Source: a virus (Duplodnaviria; Caudoviricetes). Taken from it: a DNA stretch of 64,000 bases. Shown here piece after piece: positions 54,783 to 61,951 of this stretch. The notes below the pieces were generated by a model. That model ran no database searches. It saw only the letters and a list, made by a program, of their open reading frames with translations, and was not told the DNA's origin. The translations under genes and the position numbers were made by a program. The stretch lies in the IMG/VR virus record IMGVR_UViG_3300022305_000326, positions 1 to 64,000 of that record. One strand, 5' to 3'. Each line of letters starts with the position of its first letter. Position 1 is the stretch's first letter.

Positions 54783-56528
54783 ATGACATTCGGTGTCTCT
54801 CCCGGCGTTGTATCCCGCGAAATCGACTTAACCACGATTATCCCGGTCGCATTCGGAACAAATACGGCTTTTGCAGGCCAAGCAAACTGGGGACCAATCG
54901 GCGTCCCGGTTTTAACATCATCTGAACCAAATTGGATCAGCACCTTTACTCGTCCTACGGATGCGGTAACTGGCGTCGATTATTTGATCACAGCCTCTAT
55001 TCTTGCATATACCAATTCATTATATTTCTCAAGAATTGGTTCAGCATCAACGGACTTGAACGCAGTCTCACCAAAAGCTGCTCTTGGTGCCGATCCTGCT
55101 CCAACTCCGGAATATGTCCCTAATGCAGAAGTGTTTACTGCTGGTGGAACGATCTATTCAGTAACAGCACATCTTCTAGCAAGATATCCAAGTGCTTTAG
55201 GAAATGGTATTGGCGTTATTGTCTGCGATGGTTCTGTTCAGTATGCATCACCATCATTCGCAGCTTATCGCAGAAACTTCCCATCAGCACCATCGACCTC
55301 AGAATTCGTTTCTGCTCGTGGTGGTTCGAATGACGAAATTCACATTCTTGTTGTCGACAATACTGGTGCATTCTCTGGTATTGCAGGACAGATTCTTGAA
55401 ACCTATCCGTTCGTTTCAAAGGCATCAAATGCAAGAACTGAAAGTGGAACATCAAATTATTACATTGACGTACTGAATAACAATTCTCAGTATGTTTATG
55501 GAATCAATCCTGATAACAGTGCTGTTGGTCTAGGTCCAGAAGTTGGTCTAGCAGCAAGCGGAACTGCATTCACCCGTTCAACTGCAACCAGCGTAATCAC
55601 CTATGCATTCACTGGTGGTGTCACTGGCGTCCCAGCATCAAGCGATAAATTGGCTGCTTATGACGTATTCAAGTCAGCCGAAACTGTTCCAGTATCAGTA
55701 ATTGCTGGTGGTACCGCAGATGAAACCTTGAGCGAATACTTAATCCAGAATATCGCAGAAGCCCGTAAGGATTGTGTTGTATTCATCTCACCACCAGCAA
55801 ATCTTGTTGTCGGTAAGACCAACTTCGATACCGTTGCAACTAACGTTGCGAACTATCGTACAACCACTCTTGGAACCAATTCATCATATGGTTTCATGGA
55901 TTCCGGTTGGAAGTACATGTACGATAAGTACAATGACGTATATCGTTGGATTCCTTTAAACGGTGATATTGCGGGACTATGCTCAACAACTGATAGAGTT
56001 GCTGATCCATGGTATTCAATTGCAGGATTCACTCGTGGTCAAATCAAGAACGTTGTTCGTCTTGCATGGACCCCAAATGAAGCTCAGAGAGACGTACTGT
56101 ATCAGGTCGGTGTCAACCCAGTAGTTGCATTTCCGGGTCAGGGCACGGTCTTGTATGGTGATAAGACTCTTCTATCAAGAACTTCAGCATTTGACAGAAT
56201 TAACGTCCGTAGATTGTTCATCATCCTACGTACATTGGTTTCAACTGCTGCACAATCAAGCCTATTCGAATTCAACGACGAGTTTACCCGCGCACAGTTC
56301 GTATCATTGGTTGAACCATTCTTGAGAGATATTCAGGGTCGTCGTGGTATTACGGATTTCAGAGTTGTTTGCGATGAAACGAACAACACACCACAGGTCA
56401 TCGACTCTAACCAGTTCAAGGGTGACATTTATGTTAAACCTGCCCGCAGCATCAACTTCATTCTTCTAAGCTTCGTTGCCGTTAGAACTGGCGTAGCATT
56501 TGAAGAAGTTGTTGGTCAGGCTGGTTAA
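54783..56528 (+). CDS. gp18: Tail sheath protein
   Basis: SPGV..REIDLT; WGP; RKDCV.FISP; YDKYND.YRW.P.NGDIAGL; AFDRINVRRLF; EFNDEFTR; KPARSINFI.L.FVA. Confidence 0.98.
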   Translation: MTFGVSPGVVSREIDLTTIIPVAFGTNTAFAGQANWGPIGVPVLTSSEPNWISTFTRPTDAVTGVDYLITASILAYTNSLYFSRIGSASTDLNAVSPKAALGADPAPTPEYVPNAEVFTAGGTIYSVTAHLLARYPSALGNGIGVIVCDGSVQYASPSFAAYRRNFPSAPSTSEFVSARGGSNDEIHILVVDNTGAFSGIAGQILETYPFVSKASNARTESGTSNYYIDVLNNNSQYVYGINPDNSAVGLGPEVGLAASGTAFTRSTATSVITYAFTGGVTGVPASSDKLAAYDVFKSAETVPVSVIAGGTADETLSEYLIQNIAEARKDCVVFISPPANLVVGKTNFDTVATNVANYRTTTLGTNSSYGFMDSGWKYMYDKYNDVYRWIPLNGDIAGLCSTTDRVADPWYSIAGFTRGQIKNVVRLAWTPNEAQRDVLYQVGVNPVVAFPGQGTVLYGDKTLLSRTSAFDRINVRRLFIILRTLVSTAAQSSLFEFNDEFTRAQFVSLVEPFLRDIQGRRGITDFRVVCDETNNTPQVIDSNQFKGDIYVKPARSINFILLSFVAVRTGVAFEEVVGQAG

Positions 56529-56553
56529 TAGTTAGAATAACGGAGTATTAAAA

Positions 56554-57111
56554 ATGGCACAGTTTAACATTAATGATTTCCGTTCAGCGTTACGCGCAGA
56601 CGGTGCTAGACCGACGCTTTTCAAGGTCATTCTAACAGCACCAGTCTTCGCGGCTTTGAACGTCCCACAGCTTTCGTTTATGGCAAAAGCTACACAGATG
56701 CCGGGATCAACAATTGGAACCGTTCAGCAGTCGTATTTTGGTCGTAAGATCAAATTGGCTGGTGATCGTAATATTGCGGATTGGCAGATCACAGTTATTA
56801 ACGATGAAACATTCGATATGTACGGTGCGTTTGAGCGTTGGATCAATGCAATGGCCCATACATCAACTAGATTGAATGCTCAGCGTGTTCTTGGTGCAAC
56901 ATCTTCACCAGCATCATATGTTGGTCAGGCTCTTGTTCAGCACTATGGCAAGGAAGGTAATGTAATTCGTACAATGAAATTGACTAATGTATGGCCTTCT
57001 GATGTATCACCAATCGATCTATCGTGGGATGCTAATGACACGATAGAAGAATTCGGTGTCACATTCAATATGGACTGGTTTGAAGTTGTTGATGGTGTTG
57101 GTCCAAACTAA
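56554..57111 (+). CDS. gp19: Tail tube protein
   Basis: GARP.LF.V; PGSTIG; GR.IK.AGDR; W..TVINDE.F; WP....IDLSWD....IEEF.VTF. Confidence 0.97.
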   Translation: MAQFNINDFRSALRADGARPTLFKVILTAPVFAALNVPQLSFMAKATQMPGSTIGTVQQSYFGRKIKLAGDRNIADWQITVINDETFDMYGAFERWINAMAHTSTRLNAQRVLGATSSPASYVGQALVQHYGKEGNVIRTMKLTNVWPSDVSPIDLSWDANDTIEEFGVTFNMDWFEVVDGVGPN

Positions 57112-57121
57112 GGAATAAACC

Positions 57122-57421
57122 ATGGCAGACTATAACATCGATTTAATTATGCATCACAAAGCACAGGCTGAAAAGCACGGTGCTGCTGGAAACAAATCCT
57201 CATATCATGAACACATGTATGGGGTACATAATGAATCATCAAAGTATCACCAGTTGATGGCAAACAAAGCAACCGATAGAAAAGAAAAAGAAAACCACAC
57301 AAACCTAGTTGGACAACATAAGACGAAGGCAGCAGAACATTTTGGGTATTACATGAACGCAGATAGAAAGATCAATGAATCAATCATTGGTTACAAAGCG
57401 TTTATTAGCCGAAAAGTTTAA
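57122..57421 (+). CDS. Small His-heptad helical protein
   Basis: His at 12/19, 29/36/43, 59/66/73; SD aagga; lies before the operon terminator. Confidence 0.65.
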   Translation: MADYNIDLIMHHKAQAEKHGAAGNKSSYHEHMYGVHNESSKYHQLMANKATDRKEKENHTNLVGQHKTKAAEHFGYYMNADRKINESIIGYKAFISRKV

Positions 57422-57442
57422 ATCACCGATAAGAGTGATGTT

Positions 57443-57471
57443 AAAGGGGAGCATTATGCTCCCCTTTTTTT
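57443..57471 (+). terminator. Rho-independent terminator of the gp18-gp19 unit
   Basis: AAAGGGGAGCA-tta-TGCTCCCCTTT followed by a T-run. Confidence 0.92.
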
Positions 57472-57472
57472 G

Positions 57473-57480
57473 TTTAAATA
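57473..57480 (+). promoter_or_regulatory. Late promoter box TTTAAATA for the portal gene
   Basis: Directly after the terminator, upstream of gp20. Confidence 0.6.
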
Positions 57481-57508
57481 AAATACAAATATACATGGGT
57501 ATTATAAT

Positions 57509-59221
57509 ATGGCACTTTTCAAACTGTTCGGTTACAATCACGTTTCTTCATCGGAACAGTTACCACCAGAACAAAAACCACTTATTCGTTCGTTTGTTAA
57601 TCCAGAGAATGAAGATGGTGCTAAAGATTACGGTAACCATAATCTAGGTGGTTCATTTTCATATGCATTAGACTTGGATAAATCTGTAACTAACCAAGCT
57701 GCATTGATTAACGAATATCGTGGCACCTCACAGATTCCACAGGTTGACATGGCAATCGAAGATATCGTGAATGAAGCCATAGTTATTGACGATGGTAGTC
57801 AGCCATTAGAATTGCATTTGGATGACACCACAATATCAGATAGCACCAAGAAGATCATAATGGATGAATTTGATCATGTTCTCAGTCTTTTGAAATTTCC
57901 AATGAGATCGCATGACATCTTCAAGCGTTACTATGTAGATGGTCAGTTGAACTATCACAAAATGATCGATGAAAAAAATCCTATGGACGGTATTCAGGAA
58001 CTACGATTCATTGATCCACGTAACTTAGTCAAGGTCCGTGAACACCAGACAACAAGTTCTAGTAATGGTATCGACTATCTTTCACTGAAGTCAACTAATT
58101 ATATCGAGTATTGGGTCTATAACGAATCAGGCTTCACTAATAGTCCGACAACTGTTGGCGCACAGACTACATTGACCGGAATCAAAATCGCAAGAGATTC
58201 TATCGCTCATGTTAACTCAGGAACAATTGATCCTAATAGCAAGCTGATTATGAGCCATCTACACAAGGCAGTCAGAATTGCTAGACAGCTACGAATGCTT
58301 GAAGACTCATTGATCATCTATAGAATCTCAAGAGCCGCTGAACGTAGAATTTTCTATATTGACGTAGGTTCTCTACCTAAAGCTCGTGCAGAACAGTATA
58401 TGCAGTCTATTATCGCAAAGTATAAAAACAAACTGGTATACGATGCTGGTACTGGTGAACTGCGCGATGAAAGAAAGCACTTGGCGATAACCGAAGACTT
58501 TTGGATTCCTCGTTCAAACGGACAGGATGGTACGAAGATCGAAACCTTGAAGGGTGCAGAAAATCTAGGCATTATTGCGGACGTTGAATATTTCAAGAAT
58601 AATTTATATGACGCTCTAAACGTACCAAGATCACGCATGGATTCAGAAACCATGTTCAGTATTGGTAAGTCTGGTGAAACCACACGAGACGAAGTTAAGT
58701 ATTCTAGATTTATCGATAGACTGAGAACCAGATTCACTATTCTATTCGATGATCTATTGTCATCACAATTAAAATTGAAGGGAATTGTCAATGACGATGA
58801 ATGGCAGGTAATCAAGAAGAAGGTCAAGTATAAGTTTAATAGAGATAACCACTTCGCCGAATTGATGGAAAGTGAATTGAACCTGAACAGAGTCACTTTA
58901 CTTGAACAGTTTGACAACTATACAGGTAAGTATTTCTCTAAGGAATGGATTTTCAAGAATATCCTCAAGCTGGATGACGATCAAATCGAAGAAATTTACG
59001 AACAGATTCAGGAAGAAATGATAATGGATAATCAGATGTTGCTTGACGACCATTTGATGAAGATGAAGATGGGTCTTGTTGCTCCTGATCCGGAAACTGG
59101 TGCTGCTGTTCCACAGTTTCATCAGGGTGGGATGAATGAGACAGAATCAGATGACCTAAATAATTTGCTCCAAACGTTAAAAGAAGAAACGGACGCAAGA
59201 ATAGAATCTCGTAAATCATAA
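57509..59221 (+). CDS. gp20: Portal protein
   Basis: LI..YR; D.AIEDIVNEAIV; YVDG; IQELR.IDP; QLRMLED...IYR.SRA.ERRIFYIDVG.LPK..AEQY; EDFW.PR; RDE.K...FI.RLR. Confidence 0.98.
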   Translation: MALFKLFGYNHVSSSEQLPPEQKPLIRSFVNPENEDGAKDYGNHNLGGSFSYALDLDKSVTNQAALINEYRGTSQIPQVDMAIEDIVNEAIVIDDGSQPLELHLDDTTISDSTKKIIMDEFDHVLSLLKFPMRSHDIFKRYYVDGQLNYHKMIDEKNPMDGIQELRFIDPRNLVKVREHQTTSSSNGIDYLSLKSTNYIEYWVYNESGFTNSPTTVGAQTTLTGIKIARDSIAHVNSGTIDPNSKLIMSHLHKAVRIARQLRMLEDSLIIYRISRAAERRIFYIDVGSLPKARAEQYMQSIIAKYKNKLVYDAGTGELRDERKHLAITEDFWIPRSNGQDGTKIETLKGAENLGIIADVEYFKNNLYDALNVPRSRMDSETMFSIGKSGETTRDEVKYSRFIDRLRTRFTILFDDLLSSQLKLKGIVNDDEWQVIKKKVKYKFNRDNHFAELMESELNLNRVTLLEQFDNYTGKYFSKEWIFKNILKLDDDQIEEIYEQIQEEMIMDNQMLLDDHLMKMKMGLVAPDPETGAAVPQFHQGGMNETESDDLNNLLQTLKEETDARIESRKS

Positions 59222-59236
59222 TAGACATCATTAAGC

Positions 59237-60772
59237 ATGAGTTCAATAGAGAAAAAGGTAGCAGTCGCAATCACGGCGGCTATATGCAACGTCCGTGAGG
59301 AGATTTCGAATATACAGTTGAACTTGATCGAGACAATCGATTCAAGAGTCAACGGTCTATCTGTGCCTATTCTGGAAAAAATCGTCCAGAGATTGAACGA
59401 TTTAGAAATTGACAAGGATAGACTTACGAGTCTAATCGAATCAAAATCTATACAGATTATAGAAGAACATATTCACAATAACACTATCCAGAATATTGAT
59501 GTAGATATTCCGAATGATGTGATCAGACAGCATAATATTGATGCATTGACGACTAAACTAGATGAATCATTTCAGTCAATATTGACTGAAATGATTCAGA
59601 TTAAAGATGTGGCATTACCATCATTATCAAATATATACCATAATCACGATGGAATCTACGCCACATTTGATCACAGTCACGATGATATTTGGTCAGAGGT
59701 CAGAACTCTGGAAAGATTGCAGACCGATGATCGCCAAAAGACATTAGAATTCAACTCAAATCTTCTCAACAGAGTCGACAAGAGTGATGCAAGTGTAAAG
59801 GCGGAATTGTTGAATTTGATATCTCATATAGAAGAATCGAAAGAAGCTATATGGAAAGATTTCAATAAACACTCCGACGAAACCGAGAAAAAATTAAGTG
59901 ATCTGATTTCAGACCTATCAAAATCTCTGAATGTATTTGAACGTGATGTTGGTCTTAGACTGAAATCACTCGATAAAGAATATCAGTTGATAGGTGAAGA
60001 ATTACAGAATGCACTGAAAAGGGTTAGTGCCAAACTGAATGATGGTCTTGAATCGAAAGCTAATATTCAACACTATCACCCAGAATTCAAAACCTTCTCC
60101 CAGAAGGATCATACGCATAAAGAATTTGATAAGTTCTCTAAGCTATTAGACAAAATAGACACGAACACTCTGAAGAAGTCCGATATCAATTCTCTTATCG
60201 ATGGTGTATTGAAGAAAATTCCTGAGCCAATTCCCGGAAAGGATGGGATCGGCTGGGAATTTAAATTTGATAAATCTGATGAAGGTATTCTACTTTATCG
60301 TAAAGAAGGCGATTCTAAGTGGAATAAGCAAGACTTACGTGGTCCTAGAGGTCTTCCGGGGAAAAATAGCGACGGTGGTGGGTTCGGTGGTGGTGGCGGT
60401 GGTTCTATTCTCGACATTAAAAAGAATGGAACTTTGGTCGGTCGTGGTATTACTGCATTGGATTTTGCCGGTCCGGTAAACGTAACCAATCCAACATCCG
60501 GTATAGCTAGAATAGAAATTGTCGGTAGTAGTGGGGGCGGCTCGTCAGTCAGACAATATTTTACTTCGGTATCATTAACAGCGAATATCCCATTGGCGAT
60601 TGTCCATGGACTAAATTTAACAGATCGTGACGCATTTCAGATAAATGTAATGAAAAATCACGGTCAAATTTCCGTTTCTGTAGAAAGTATTGATGTCAAC
60701 GGCTTAATCATAACATCAAATGTCACACTATCAGATGTTAAGGTCACTGTAACAGGGGCATCGTCCACATAA
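59237..60772 (+). CDS. Post-portal fibre-like protein: coiled coil, HxH motifs, short collagen/Gly linker, C-terminal HNL-type domain
   Basis: HNHD, HSHD, HYHP, HTHK; GKDG, GPRGLPG, poly-Gly; C-terminus IVHGLN...V..IDVN.L.ITS. Confidence 0.55.
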   Translation: MSSIEKKVAVAITAAICNVREEISNIQLNLIETIDSRVNGLSVPILEKIVQRLNDLEIDKDRLTSLIESKSIQIIEEHIHNNTIQNIDVDIPNDVIRQHNIDALTTKLDESFQSILTEMIQIKDVALPSLSNIYHNHDGIYATFDHSHDDIWSEVRTLERLQTDDRQKTLEFNSNLLNRVDKSDASVKAELLNLISHIEESKEAIWKDFNKHSDETEKKLSDLISDLSKSLNVFERDVGLRLKSLDKEYQLIGEELQNALKRVSAKLNDGLESKANIQHYHPEFKTFSQKDHTHKEFDKFSKLLDKIDTNTLKKSDINSLIDGVLKKIPEPIPGKDGIGWEFKFDKSDEGILLYRKEGDSKWNKQDLRGPRGLPGKNSDGGGFGGGGGGSILDIKKNGTLVGRGITALDFAGPVNVTNPTSGIARIEIVGSSGGGSSVRQYFTSVSLTANIPLAIVHGLNLTDRDAFQINVMKNHGQISVSVESIDVNGLIITSNVTLSDVKVTVTGASST

Positions 60773-60816
60773 TATAGATATATAAGAGATTGATGATTGT
60801 GTAATTAAACAAAAGT

Positions 60817-60824
60817 TTTAAATA
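60817..60824 (+). promoter_or_regulatory. Late promoter box TTTAAATA
   Basis: Intergenic, upstream of 60874. Confidence 0.5.
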
Positions 60825-60873
60825 ATTACAATACAGCTAACACACCCATTTTGATATTAAATTAAGGTATAAA

Positions 60874-61641
60874 ATGTCCGAAAAAGAAATTTACACAGAT
60901 TACAATTTTGCTCGCGTCGGTCAGGTCAGAGACTTTCGAGTGCATAATGTAACAACCACAGAAAGAAATTCACTATCACTAGCTCTTGGGGCTGGTAATT
61001 CAGGTTTGCACGTATATGACACGACAATTAAATCGGCATATTATTGGGACGGTGCAGCATTCCAGCCAGTAAGTCCAGTTATAGCAGGGGCGATGGTTTA
61101 TAAAGGAACCTACTCTGATACTGTGAATACACCAACAACGCCAGAAATGGGACACGTTTATGTATGGAATGGCGGTAATTCCACTTTAACGTGGAGTACA
61201 CAAACCTTTAACCCAGATGCTATTGTACAAAATGGTGACCAAATTATATACCGTGGTTCTGGCGTATGGGATATTTTTCAGGCAGATTTAAATCCTGCAA
61301 GTGAAACTGACGCTGGCTACATTGCAATCTCGACCCAAGCTGCAACTAATGCAGGTACTAATGATACGACCGCCGTTACTCCGTCAAAATTGAATGGGTA
61401 TAGAGTGGCTAAGTCACTGGCTTCAGTATATTTCGCCAGTTCCGTAAACACAAGTGCGTTAACCCCTTTAACCATAACTCATAATCTAAATCTTCAGAAT
61501 AGAAATTCATTTGTTATCAGTATCAAGAATTCCGCGCATTCTGAAATCACTCTTGATGTTGATTCAATCGATGTAAATTCCCTTACTATTACATCATCTA
61601 TAGCCTTGACAGGATTATTCGTGAGTATTGTAGGTTTCTGA
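60874..61641 (+). CDS. Fibre/adaptor protein with T4 gp34/gp12-like ATQ repeat and C-terminal HNL-type domain
   Basis: MVYKGTY...GD.IIY...W domain; ASET.AG...ISTQA..NAGT.D..AVTP.KL; ITHNLN. Confidence 0.6.
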   Translation: MSEKEIYTDYNFARVGQVRDFRVHNVTTTERNSLSLALGAGNSGLHVYDTTIKSAYYWDGAAFQPVSPVIAGAMVYKGTYSDTVNTPTTPEMGHVYVWNGGNSTLTWSTQTFNPDAIVQNGDQIIYRGSGVWDIFQADLNPASETDAGYIAISTQAATNAGTNDTTAVTPSKLNGYRVAKSLASVYFASSVNTSALTPLTITHNLNLQNRNSFVISIKNSAHSEITLDVDSIDVNSLTITSSIALTGLFVSIVGF

Positions 61642-61642
61642 T

Positions 61643-61951
61643 ATGTCATCCAGAGACTTTCTGACTAATGTCGATCTAGTTCAAAATAATGATCCTAGTA
61701 ATCCTTTAAGTGGATATGTTAGAATCATTGCCAAACCTGACGATAGACTTTATTTAAGACTTAATAGTGGAGTAGAGGTCGAATTGACGAATAATTCGAC
61801 CTCTACTTCTGCACCTGTAGAAAATAGATATGAAGTATTCGATGATGAGGTGGTAACTGTGACTATAGGAAGAATAATGTTTCAGTATGGTGCGTTGGTA
61901 AACAGAGGGTTTCTGATTAATCGCGGTAGAATTATAGAGGTAGCTAACTAA
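61643..61951 (+). CDS. Small fibre adaptor-like protein
   Basis: N-terminus RDFLTNVDL; P..P.SG...I..K.D..LY; C-terminal NxG beta repeats (VNRG.LINRG). Confidence 0.5.
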   Translation: MSSRDFLTNVDLVQNNDPSNPLSGYVRIIAKPDDRLYLRLNSGVEVELTNNSTSTSAPVENRYEVFDDEVVTVTIGRIMFQYGALVNRGFLINRGRIIEVAN

